DNA of 63,552 nt, filler included, from Candidatus Hydrogenedentota bacterium (GTDB lineage: Bacteria; JBFMHD01): the NCBI GenBank assembly GCA_040752395.1. It is 7 parts of 7 records of this genome, joined end to end, with 100 filler letters (N's around TTAATTAATTAA, not from the genome) between each part and the next. Parts side by side here need not be neighbours in the genome. Positions count along the whole stretch, not along the records: positions 7,145 to 14,162 come from JBFMHD010000145.1; positions 14,263 to 21,257 come from JBFMHD010000146.1; 5 more parts are not named here. One strand, given 5' to 3'. The first letter of the stretch is position 1. Every line of letters begins with the position of its first letter. The notes under the pieces were generated by a model. That model did not search any database. It had not been told where the DNA came from and was given only the letters and a program-made list of their open reading frames with translations. The translations under genes were made by a program, and so were the position numbers. Of this stretch, positions 10,487 to 19,019 are shown one piece after another.

Positions 10487-11593
10487 ATGAAGATTGCTTT
10501 TGTTGATCTAAAAAGACAGTATAAAAGATATAAAAAAGAGATAGATAGAGCGATAAAAAATGTTATCAGGGATTCGGCTTTTGTTGGCGGCCATTATCTT
10601 GAGTGTTTCGAGAAAAATTTTGCGGATTATATAGGAAGAAAGTTTTGCGTAGGTGTTGGTAATGGGACCGATGCGATATTTTTAACACTTCTTTCATTAG
10701 GCATTGGTAAGGGAGACGAAGTGATTGTTCCGTCACATACTTTTGTAGCTACAGTTGAAGCAGTGTCTGCAACAGGTGCAGAGCCTGTATTTGTTGATAT
10801 TTACGAAGACCATTATACGATGAGTGTCGAAAAAATAAAAACCCAGATTACAGATAGAACAAAGGCTATTATACCCGTACATTTATATGGCCAGCCCTGC
10901 GATATGGATCAAATATGTATAATAGCTAAAGAAAATAATATACATATAATCGAGGATTGTGCTCAAGCTCACGGTGCACTGTATAAAGGCAGAAAAACAG
11001 GCACTTTTGGGGTCGCTGGATGTTTCAGTTTCTTTCCGGGTAAGAATCTCGGGGCTTATGGCGATGCAGGTTGTGTTGTATGTGATGATGAAGCTCTATT
11101 TAAAAAAATCAAGGCTATCAAAGACCATGGCAGGAGTGATAAATATACCTCGCTATATATAGGATATAACAGTCGGCTCGATGGTCTGCAGGCCGCAATA
11201 CTTGATGTGAAATTGAAATATATTGATAGATGGAATGATAAACGGAGAAAGATCGCACAATGGTATAGTAAGCTCTTACAAAATACAGATGTGATTTTAC
11301 CTGTAGAATTTAAAGATGTAAAACATATTTATCATCTATATGTGATACGTATCAAAAAGAACAGGGAAAAATTTATGAGTTTTTTAAAAGAAGCAGGGAT
11401 AAGTTGTGGGATACATTATCCAATACCCTGCCATATGTTCCAACCTTATAAAAACAAAAGAGGCGCTGACTCGCTGCCTGTGACTGAAAAGATTACAAAA
11501 GAAATTGCATCTTTACCGATTTTCCCTGAATTAACTCAAAAAGAAGTAATATATATTACTAACAAAATTAAAGAATATCTAAAAAGAAACTGA
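10487..11593 (+). CDS. DegT/DnrJ/EryC1/StrS sugar aminotransferase
   Basis: GNGTDA, IIPVHLYGQ, EDCAQAHG, FSFFPGKNLGAYGDAG. Confidence 0.95.
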   Translation: MKIAFVDLKRQYKRYKKEIDRAIKNVIRDSAFVGGHYLECFEKNFADYIGRKFCVGVGNGTDAIFLTLLSLGIGKGDEVIVPSHTFVATVEAVSATGAEPVFVDIYEDHYTMSVEKIKTQITDRTKAIIPVHLYGQPCDMDQICIIAKENNIHIIEDCAQAHGALYKGRKTGTFGVAGCFSFFPGKNLGAYGDAGCVVCDDEALFKKIKAIKDHGRSDKYTSLYIGYNSRLDGLQAAILDVKLKYIDRWNDKRRKIAQWYSKLLQNTDVILPVEFKDVKHIYHLYVIRIKKNREKFMSFLKEAGISCGIHYPIPCHMFQPYKNKRGADSLPVTEKITKEIASLPIFPELTQKEVIYITNKIKEYLKRN

Positions 11594-11821
11594 AGTATCC
11601 TGTGTTAAAAATAGCTGTGGTAAAATTACAGAAATCTATACTCCTGTCAGCCTGCTCGATATCGGACGGATTAAAAGCCCTTTGGACTTTGAGAGAAAAT
11701 GACAACAGCAAAAAGTTACAATTTGAGGTTTCACTTAGAGTCGTGCATAAACGAAGTACTTCGGTTATTTTAACTTAGGCGAAATCACATACATTCTAAG
11801 ATGAAGCTAGGAGGTGTAAAC

Positions 11822-12007
11822 ATGTCAAGAACAAAGGAGGAAGTTATTAAGATGATTGAACAGATGCCAGAAGAAGTCAGCGTGGCTGATATTATGGCAG
11901 AATTGTATTTCTGTCAAAAAGTGGACTTAGGGCTTCAGGAACTTGATGAAGGTAAAGGCATTCCTCATGAGCAAGTCAAGGAGCGCTTGAGAAAATGGAT
12001 AAGTTGA
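11822..12007 (+). CDS. Putative antitoxin (addiction module component)
   Basis: Small acidic protein overlapping a RelE/ParE gene; GGAGG before ATG 11822. Confidence 0.8.
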   Translation: MSRTKEEVIKMIEQMPEEVSVADIMAELYFCQKVDLGLQELDEGKGIPHEQVKERLRKWIS

Positions 12008-12285
12008 TCTGGTCCCCAAAAGCCGCTGCTGATCTGGAAGAGATTTGCCAATACATATCGAGGGACTCAGAGCATTATGCCAAACTCTTTGCTCAGAAAG
12101 TAATTGTCTTCGCTGAGAGAATTGCCGAGTTTCCAATGGCAGGAAGGATAGTACCTGAGTATCAGCGAGATGACTTAAGGGAAAGGATTTTCCAGAGCTA
12201 TCGCATTGTGTATCGCGTAAAGCCTGAGATGGTGGAGATAGTAGCGATTGTACATGGGGCAAGGCTGTTGCCAAAACTTGAATGA
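11995..12285 (+). CDS. RelE/ParE-family toxin
   Basis: WSPKAAADLEEICQYI, FPMAGRIVPE, YRIVYRV, VHGAR. Confidence 0.9.
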   Translation: MDKLIWSPKAAADLEEICQYISRDSEHYAKLFAQKVIVFAERIAEFPMAGRIVPEYQRDDLRERIFQSYRIVYRVKPEMVEIVAIVHGARLLPKLE

Positions 12286-12298
12286 GGGGTGTGACTTC

Positions 12299-12387
12299 GC
12301 CTAACACAGCATAAAAGGTTCGTGCCTTACGGCACTCACCCAAATTCCGCCTTCGGCGGAACTTCTTTTATCCGCAAAACGTTAAAT
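12299..12387 (+). mobile_element. Integron attC site
   Basis: GCCTAAC (RYYYAAC) ... GTTAAAT (GTTRRRY) with internal palindromes ATAAAAG/CTTTTAT, GTGCC/GGCAC, TTCCGCC/GGCGGAA; complementary cassette start TTAGGCGAAATCAC at 11775-11788. Confidence 0.75.
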
Positions 12388-12424
12388 GAAATCGGGGGCA
12401 AAGGGCTTTACGGAGTTGAGAAAG

Positions 12425-12505
12425 ATGTCTGTTAAAAAGTTTGATTTGAACATAGAGAAAATACTCGAAGATTGGGATGTATTTCACATAATGTCAAATA
12501 TTTAG
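12425..12505 (+). pseudogene. N-terminal stub of the next cassette gene (MSVKKFDLNIEKILEDWDVFH), truncated
   Basis: Begins just after the attC; resembles the start of GHKL-type ATP-binding proteins; runs into the IS256 remnant. Confidence 0.45.
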
Positions 12506-12720
12506 TGCAAAAAGTTTATCTGGGCACTTCTTCCATTTAACATTATAATAGTTAAAAATAGCAAAAAGAATACGTTCACAACTTGCCTTATTCTTAAATG
12601 AGGGTATTGCCCTTGTTCGACGACGGACTTCAACAAAAGATCGTTCAATTATATTCGTGGTTCTTATTTTAATCCAGTGTTTCATCGGCATTTGATAAAA
12701 ATTCAAAGCTTCTTTGCTTT
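12494..12720 (-). pseudogene. IS256-family transposase C-terminal fragment
   Basis: HWIKIRTTNIIERSFVEVRRRTRAIPSF motif. Confidence 0.85.
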
Positions 12721-12723
12721 TAT

Positions 12724-12780
12724 GCATAACGATAGAGTTCATCACCGGCGTTAGCCATCCGCTGCAACGATTAGTTAGAC
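12724..12780 (-). mobile_element. Integron attC site (short, classical type)
   Basis: Minus strand GTCTAAC-TAATCGTTGCAGCGGATGGCTAACGCCGGTGATGAACTCTATC-GTTATGC directly at the hicA stop codon. Confidence 0.8.
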
Positions 12781-12959
12781 TATTTTAATCCTAAATATTT
12801 TCTGATATGTTTTGCTAAATCATTGTCAATTTCAATATGTCTAGGAACAGGTTGTTTTTTGCCCGTAGACAGATTTATATAAATATCATGCTTTGCTCCA
12901 GGACGTAATAAAATACAACCATCCTTTAAAAGTTGACGCACAAATTTCTTTCTCTTCAT
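12780..12959 (-). CDS. hicA: HicA-family toxin (59 aa, not in ORF track)
   Basis: MKRKKFVRQLLKDGCILLRPGAKHDIYINLSTGKKQPVPRHIEIDNDLAKHIRKYLGLK; ATGA overlap with hicB. Confidence 0.9.
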   Translation of the reverse strand: MKRKKFVRQLLKDGCILLRPGAKHDIYINLSTGKKQPVPRHIEIDNDLAKHIRKYLGLK

Positions 12960-13147
12960 ACTGCTACTTCTTTCATCTTATATCCTTGAGGTACATCATC
13001 CATAGCCATCATCAAGTATGCATCTTTAATATTCTCTTCTAATTCCTTTAGGGTTTGTCCTTGTGTCATTATCTCTGGATGTTCAAGGAGTTTCCCCAGC
13101 CAGAATTTTTCTCCCCTCCAATAAATCATAGTCATTTTTGCATGCAT
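12956..13147 (-). CDS. hicB: HicB-family antitoxin (short form)
   Basis: TQGQTLKELEENIKDAY motif; AGGAGG RBS; GTTAGGT core site upstream at 13176-13182. Confidence 0.88.
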   Translation of the reverse strand: MHAKMTMIYWRGEKFWLGKLLEHPEIMTQGQTLKELEENIKDAYLMMAMDDVPQGYKMKEVAV

Positions 13148-13535
13148 AGGTTTTCCTCCTGTTCATCAATTATAAACCTAACGACACGGCGGCTGAGCCG
13201 TGTGAGCAGTCTAAATCAACCATGTTTTTAAGCCAATTAACTCAATAAATTTATTATAACCAATACACGGTCGTAAGGGAATGCTACAATGATTCTGCCT
13301 GAATTATCTATACTAACATTTATCTCTACCGTAGATATATTCCTTGATATATTCTTTTTTATACTATGTATTATACCATTCACAGCGAGTTTGTCAAGCT
13401 TTTTTGCAATTGGCTCAATATGAAATTCATCATAGAATAAGAAAACAATTTTGTTATGATCCAAATGTTTTGCTGTGCTCTACCAGGGGTTGCGCTTGCA
13501 AAACGGTCTTTTCTCTTTCCTTCGGAGTGTCTCAT

Positions 13536-13875
13536 CTTAATGGGGAGCAGTATAAACCTGTTTCTTTTAACTTTCTCACTATCTCTACCTTCGACCCATC
13601 AATTCTTCCGTTTTTTTTAATATCTCATTTCCTATCGTAACTCGACCTACTATCCGTTTTAATTTTGTTATCTTACTCATTAATTCAGCTTCACGAGAAC
13701 TAAACTTTTTTCCTGATAACGCAGCCATACCACCTTCTAAAAATTTATCCCGCATTTTGTAATACTGTGACTGCGTTATCCCATGTCTGCGGCATATCTC
13801 TATTACTGGCTTTTTTTCTCTTAATCCCTCAAGCACTATTGATAGTTTTTCATCGCTTGTCTTTTGATTTCGCAT
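13536..13875 (-). pseudogene. IS3-family transposase OrfA with OrfB stub
   Basis: KLSIVLEGLRE...EICRRHGITQSQYYK.RDKFLEGG HTH; no DDE domain follows. Confidence 0.75.
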
Positions 13876-14162
13876 ATCTGCTCCTCCTTTTTGATACACT
13901 TTAAGGAGCTGATAGAAAAATTGTGTTTATTATAAAAGGTGAAAAAGATATATTATATTTTACAAAATTTTACAAAAAATTTGAGGAGGTAGGAAAACCA
14001 TGTCAAGAAAACCTAAAGACTGGGGAAGAGAAGTTTCTAGAACACTCAAAAATATAAGAGATATTCCAGATAGCCTCTCTTCACCTAAGCTTGTAAGCAC
14101 TATTATACACTATTGCTTTCTTTATCACTCTTTTTATTTACACAATTTTTCTATTGACATCC

Positions 14163-14262
14163 NNNNNNNNNNNNNNNNNNNNNNNNNNNNNNNNNNNNNN
14201 NNNNNNTTAATTAATTAANNNNNNNNNNNNNNNNNNNNNNNNNNNNNNNNNNNNNNNNNNNN
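14163..14262. other. Artificial contig linker
   Basis: N run + TTAATTAATTAA. Confidence 0.99.
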
Positions 14263-14265
14263 TAC

Positions 14266-14402
14266 CAAACGGCAGAATGGGTTGAGGCAGTGCCTCATCC
14301 GTCTCTTTGACAACAAAATTACGCTTCTTACGGAGATAATTTGCTGCTTCTATATGGCATAGCAGTTATCAAATGGCAGAATGGCTTGAGGCACTGCCTC
14401 AT
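14266..14402. repeat. Two 33-bp direct repeats ending in palindrome TGAGGCAnTGCCTCA
   Basis: 14266-14298 and 14370-14402 with 3 mismatches; related TAAGGCACTGCCTTA at 36997-37011. Confidence 0.85.
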
Positions 14403-15607
14403 AAAAGAGAAACAATATGTTTTGCAAATGCCATTGAAGATGTAAATGCTGGCGATACCGCGTTTAGTATATGGACTGAATCACTGGTTTTCTCTACTAC
14501 AAAGTCCATCACAAGTTCTTTCCTTTGCCAGTTAAGAAGCTGAGCCCGGATACCTATCTTATCTGAGTCTACTATGTCGTTATATAACAGCTGGGGAACA
14601 AGTTTTCTTGCTGTTTCATAAACAAACTTTTTTCTGTATTTTTTAATCTCTTTAAACGCGTATTCTCTAAAAAAATTATTTAAAGATAAAAGAATAACTG
14701 AATTATAAATAATATCAAATATTTCTTTATCTATACCATCAAATAATCCGTAGTTCTCTCTTCCCAAAGCCGGGAATACAGTAGGTCCAATCTCAACTTC
14801 ATTATCGGCATCATTAGTAAAATGAACTCCTAAGAACGGATTTTTTAAATCAGGCACAGGATAGATATTACCACGAACAAGATGGCTCTTTTCTTTTATG
14901 AGTTTTTTATATGTACCTTTAAAAGGGAGAATTTTATATTCTTTAGAAAGGCCAAAACTTTGAGCGATTTTATCAGCAAAACATCCGGCAGCATTTATAA
15001 ATTTAGAAAATCGGATCTTTGCACGTGTGTTACTCCCGAGGTCAGAGACAAGAGCGGTATTACTCTCCTCAATAGTAAGAAATTTTGTATTATAAAGAAT
15101 TTTTACTTTTTTCGAAGCTACTAAATCCTGCTCCATAGCTTTTAAGACCTCAAGAGGTTTAAATACTGCGGTATCAGGTGAATACAGGGCTTTTTCGCAG
15201 GTTTTTGCGTATGGCTCTATTTTACCTAATTCTTTTTCATCGATTATATAAGCTTTTGCTCTGGCTGAATCAGCCCTTTGTTTTAAATTATAAAGTACCT
15301 CTAATTCCTCATAGCTTTTTGTGACTATAACTTTACCATTCTCTTTTAATGTTAGCCCTTTATCTTTACAAAATTCTTTCATCAATTGATTTCCAGAAAC
15401 GCAATATTTCGCCTTGAGTGTATCAGGAGAGTAGTATATTCCTGCGTGCAGTACGCCACTGTTTCTTCCGCTTGCGTGTATACCTGTAGTTGCTTCTTTT
15501 TCCAAGATAACAATATCATCAACCTCTTTTTTCAGGAGTTCACGTGCAATAGCAAGCCCGGTAATCCCTGCGCCTACAATCAAAAACTGCGATTTATCCT
15601 GTATCAT
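14399..15607 (-). CDS. lhgO: L-2-hydroxyglutarate oxidase family FAD oxidoreductase
   Basis: GAGITG, HASGRNSGVLHAGIYY, IYPVPD..PFLGVHFT, NAVSPAFTSS. Confidence 0.88.
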   Translation of the reverse strand: MIQDKSQFLIVGAGITGLAIARELLKKEVDDIVILEKEATTGIHASGRNSGVLHAGIYYSPDTLKAKYCVSGNQLMKEFCKDKGLTLKENGKVIVTKSYEELEVLYNLKQRADSARAKAYIIDEKELGKIEPYAKTCEKALYSPDTAVFKPLEVLKAMEQDLVASKKVKILYNTKFLTIEESNTALVSDLGSNTRAKIRFSKFINAAGCFADKIAQSFGLSKEYKILPFKGTYKKLIKEKSHLVRGNIYPVPDLKNPFLGVHFTNDADNEVEIGPTVFPALGRENYGLFDGIDKEIFDIIYNSVILLSLNNFFREYAFKEIKKYRKKFVYETARKLVPQLLYNDIVDSDKIGIRAQLLNWQRKELVMDFVVEKTSDSVHILNAVSPAFTSSMAFAKHIVSLL

Positions 15608-15737
15608 AATTTTATATTATGGTTTTTTATCGTAGAAGAGCAACTGTTTTTTACAAAATCTTCGGATAATAATTTTGAATTTAACATTGTGCCTTTGTGC
15701 CTTACGAACAGGGTTTTCAGAAATCTGCTAAAAAAAC

Positions 15738-15766
15738 TTGACAGATATTTTTATAAAAACTAAAAT
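15738..15766 (+). promoter_or_regulatory. Sigma70-type promoter
   Basis: TTGACA-17 nt-TAAAAT just upstream of the riboswitch. Confidence 0.75.
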
Positions 15767-15776
15767 TATTTAAAAT

Positions 15777-15990
15777 TACAGGTGAAAAGTTTAAAAGGGA
15801 ATACGGTGTAAATCCGTAGCGAACCCGTCACTGTAACCCGGCTCTTTTAATTTTTAGAAAAGAGAAACACTTTCTTTAAATTTGCCAATACACCAATTGG
15901 TGTACAGAGGAAGCTGTACGTCACTGTCTTTTGGTAAAAAAAGGTGGGAAGACAAAAGAGAGTGCTGGGAAGCCAGGAAACCTGCCTGTA
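15777..15990 (+). ncRNA. Cobalamin riboswitch
   Basis: AGGTG...AAAAGGGAATACGGTGTAAATCCGT...CCCGTCACTGTAA...CACTG...GGGAAG...AGCCAGGAAACCTGCCTGTA (B12 box), upstream of cob genes. Confidence 0.95.
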
Positions 15991-16044
15991 ATATAATAAA
16001 AACCTTAAACTCTTCGAGGATAAGAGAGCAAAGGCTATGCTGTT

Positions 16045-16080
16045 AACCGACTTTCAAAATCGAAGAGTCGGTTTTTTTAT
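16045..16080 (+). terminator. Riboswitch expression-platform intrinsic terminator
   Basis: AACCGACT...AGTCGGTT stem followed by a T tract, before cobD. Confidence 0.8.
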
Positions 16081-16106
16081 TTTAAATGTATTCCAGCGAG
16101 ACAGTT

Positions 16107-17192
16107 ATGGGTTCATTTTTTTATCATGGCGGTAATCTCAGGGAAGCAAAAGAGAGATTTAAGTTAGCAGAAAAAAAATTTATAGATTTTAGTGCTAATA
16201 TTAACCCACTTGGTTTCCCGACAAAAATAAAAACAATTATAGAGAAAAATATAAATCAGATCGCTTGTTATTCTGACCCGGAATACAGAGAATTTAAACT
16301 TACTTTAGCAGAAAAGATCAACGTTAGCCCTCATAATATTCTTGTTGGTAACGGCTCGATGGAACTAATTTTTTTAAGTATAATGTGTTTGTTACCTCAA
16401 AAGGTTCTTATCCCGATACCAACTTTTAGTGAATATGAGCGCGCAGCAAAAATGATAAATTGCGATTGTATTTTCTTAAGATGTAAACAAAGTAGAAATT
16501 TTCAAATAGACATCAATGAGATGATAAAATATCTACCACGGGTTGATTTAATTTTTCTTTGTAATCCGAATAATCCCACAGGTACATTAATACCCAAAGC
16601 CGAGATATTATATCTACTAAAAAAGTGTCTAAGATATAATGTGTTTTTGATCATAGATGAAACATTTATTAATTTCTTAACTGATGCGGATAAGGTTACA
16701 TTGATAAAAGAAGCATCAAAGAACTCTAAGCTGTTGGTAATAAGGTCATTAACAAAGATTTTTGCGATCCCTGGTTTACGTTTAGGATATATAGTTGGGA
16801 ATAAAAGGTTAATTAATAATATTAGCCGATATCAACCCACATGGTCAGTTAATACCTTTGCTCAATTAGTAGGTAAAGAAGTTTTGAATGATACAAGATT
16901 TATTAGTCAAACCTATGAACTGATAAATAAAGAGAGAGAGATACTATTTAGAAATTTAAAAGAGATAAAGGGTATAATTCCTTTTTCTTCAAAAACGAAT
17001 TTTATTTTAGCCCAATTGACAAACCCGAGAATAAATTCAAATGAGTTATATAATTTTTTAGGAAAGAATGGGATACTTATCAGGGATTGCTCAAATTTTC
17101 GCGGGTTGAACAATAGGTTTATACGTATATGCGTGCGAACGCGAAAAGAAAATTTAAAACTAATTAACAATATAAAAAAAATTTTAAGATAA
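16107..17192 (+). CDS. cobD: L-threonine-O-3-phosphate decarboxylase
   Basis: HGGN, DFSANINPLG, GNGS, CNPNNPTG, RSLTKIFAIPGLRLGY; start may instead be 16086. Confidence 0.92.
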   Translation: MGSFFYHGGNLREAKERFKLAEKKFIDFSANINPLGFPTKIKTIIEKNINQIACYSDPEYREFKLTLAEKINVSPHNILVGNGSMELIFLSIMCLLPQKVLIPIPTFSEYERAAKMINCDCIFLRCKQSRNFQIDINEMIKYLPRVDLIFLCNPNNPTGTLIPKAEILYLLKKCLRYNVFLIIDETFINFLTDADKVTLIKEASKNSKLLVIRSLTKIFAIPGLRLGYIVGNKRLINNISRYQPTWSVNTFAQLVGKEVLNDTRFISQTYELINKEREILFRNLKEIKGIIPFSSKTNFILAQLTNPRINSNELYNFLGKNGILIRDCSNFRGLNNRFIRICVRTRKENLKLINNIKKILR

Positions 17193-17207
17193 AGGAGGTA
17201 AAACGTT

Positions 17208-17342
17208 ATGAGGCAAAAGATTAAAAGGAAAAGGAGAAATTCAAAACTGGTCTCTTATCGGTTGAAATGTAAAAAAACAGCAAATGGTCTCTCACATTTT
17301 GTTATGTATGGTGATGTGGCTAAAAAAGAGACATTGTTGTAA
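17208..17342 (+). CDS. cbpA: Putative RiPP precursor peptide (CbpA-like, 44 aa; not in ORF track)
   Basis: AAGGAGG RBS; MRQKIKRKRRNSKLVSYRLKCKKTANGLSHFVMYGDVAKKETLL with a YRxxCxxxxxGLSH motif, upstream of a SPASM radical SAM gene. Confidence 0.8.
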   Translation: MRQKIKRKRRNSKLVSYRLKCKKTANGLSHFVMYGDVAKKETLL

Positions 17343-17354
17343 GTAGGGCGGCAT

Positions 17355-17490
17355 AAAAAGATTAAAAGATTGAAAGATTCAAAGGAAAGGCACAGAGGCA
17401 CAGAGGCACAGAGGCACAAAGGCAGAAAGTTAAATTAAAAATTAAAAATTAGGAGTTAGGAGTCAGAAGTCAGACTTCTTGCTTCTAATA
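17355..17490. repeat. Mosaic of short tandem repeats (AAAGATTN, GGCACAGA x3-4, AAAATTA, GGAGTTA, AGAAGTC)
   Basis: Directly visible tandem 7/8-mers shared with other intergenic sites. Confidence 0.9.
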
Positions 17491-17529
17491 TATCACCTCT
17501 AACTGAGTGATGACCCAAGGTAGATCAGA

Positions 17530-18843
17530 ATGCATACAGATAAAGGTTTAACCTGTTTTTGTAATGATGATGACTGTATATTACTTGACCCGGATAATGT
17601 ATTCTGGGCAAATATTTCAAAAGATAGCCAGAAACGTTTATTAATCCAGCAAGATGTATTAAGTACTTATGAAAGGGTGAGGGAGAGGTTAGATAAAGAG
17701 ATTAGAGATTTCAGGTTTGGTACCACGCTTGTAGCTATTTATATTGACCCTACTGATCGATGCAACTTGAATTGTCCATATTGCTATATCCCATCAAAGA
17801 TAAGAAAATATGGAGGTGAGATGACCAAAGAGCAGTTAACATATGTGCTTAATCGTATCCGGGAACATTTCAATAAATCCAGAAAAAAACCTGTGATAAT
17901 TTTTCATGCTGCTGAACCGTTATTAGTAAAAAATATTATATTTGAAGCGATAAAAGAGTACAGAAATAAATTCTATTTCGGACTACAGACCAATGCTATT
18001 CTGTTAAAAAAAGAGGATGTAGAATATTTAAAAAGGTATCGTGTAGGTGTTGGTATCTCGTTAGATTCTTTTAATCCTTCTAAAAATAATCGATTAAGAC
18101 CAGATAGCTTTAGAAAGATTGTAAATGCGATTAAATGGTTTGATGGTTATGAAGGATTAAATGTAATTACAACTATTACTAAATTTAATGTATCTGATTT
18201 ACCTTATATGGTAAAATTTTTACACAATTTAAGGGTTCCATCTGTATTGCTTAATCCCATGAGATTGACACAAAAGAATAGTTGGGGATTTAAACCTGAT
18301 GAAAAACTATTAACAAAGTATTTTATTAAAGCAGTAGATACTGCATTAGAATTATCGAAAAAATCAAATCATAGAATTATAATAGGCAATTTTGCTAATA
18401 TTATACTGGGTATCGTCTCACCTACTGCGAGGCGGCTTATGTGCGATATTTCTCCCTGTGGCGGTGGCCGATGTTTTTTAACTATAACTGCTTCGGGTGA
18501 TATGATACCCTGTGGTGAATTTATAGGGATAAAGGGATTTTCAGGTGGTAACATTTTTAAAAGCAGTATCAAGGATGCGATGCGTTCCCGGCCATTTAAG
18601 AGGGTTAGAGCAAGGATTGTAGAGAGGATAGATGTATGTAAAGAGTGTATTTTTAAGAATATATGTGGTGCACCCTGTCCGGCGGAACTCCATTCTTTAG
18701 GTAATATGTTTAAAAAGTCTGTTTTTTGTAACTTTTACAAAGAGATAATCAAATATGCTTTTGGAGTTATAGCAAAAGGGGAAGAAAAATATCTTTTGCG
18801 AGCAGATGGCTTAAAAAACCTGAAATATGAATACCGTCTGTAA
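17530..18843 (+). CDS. cbpB: Radical SAM/SPASM peptide maturase (CbpB-like)
   Basis: CNLNCPYC motif; SPASM cysteines in CDISPCGGG...PC...CKEC...CGAPCPAE...FC. Confidence 0.85.
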   Translation: MHTDKGLTCFCNDDDCILLDPDNVFWANISKDSQKRLLIQQDVLSTYERVRERLDKEIRDFRFGTTLVAIYIDPTDRCNLNCPYCYIPSKIRKYGGEMTKEQLTYVLNRIREHFNKSRKKPVIIFHAAEPLLVKNIIFEAIKEYRNKFYFGLQTNAILLKKEDVEYLKRYRVGVGISLDSFNPSKNNRLRPDSFRKIVNAIKWFDGYEGLNVITTITKFNVSDLPYMVKFLHNLRVPSVLLNPMRLTQKNSWGFKPDEKLLTKYFIKAVDTALELSKKSNHRIIIGNFANIILGIVSPTARRLMCDISPCGGGRCFLTITASGDMIPCGEFIGIKGFSGGNIFKSSIKDAMRSRPFKRVRARIVERIDVCKECIFKNICGAPCPAELHSLGNMFKKSVFCNFYKEIIKYAFGVIAKGEEKYLLRADGLKNLKYEYRL

Positions 18844-19009
18844 CCCCTCACTGAACTTAAAAACCCCATTGAAGAGCGGTGAATGAGAGTGATTTTTTAT
18901 GACAACATTAATTATCAAGGGTTATGAGATTCATCATGTTTCTTGCCCCAACACTAATTGCTTTTTTGTTATCTTGCTTCTTACTTCTAATCTATAACTG
19001 AGGGGTTAC
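18840..19009. repeat. 170-bp segment bounded by 11-bp inverted repeats (MITE-like)
   Basis: GTAACCCCTCA 18840-18850 / TGAGGGGTTAC 18999-19009. Confidence 0.5.
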
Positions 19010-19019
19010 TTTAAGGGAT

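Noticed and set aside
13237-13640. ORFs 13237-13464 and 13344-13640
   Set aside because: No motifs or RBS; decayed DNA next to the IS3 remnant
14000-14162. Short ORF with a strong RBS at a contig end
   Set aside because: No recognisable family, and truncated by the linker
14266-14402. CRISPR array
   Set aside because: Only two repeats, a 71-bp spacer and no cas genes; kept as an unexplained repeat
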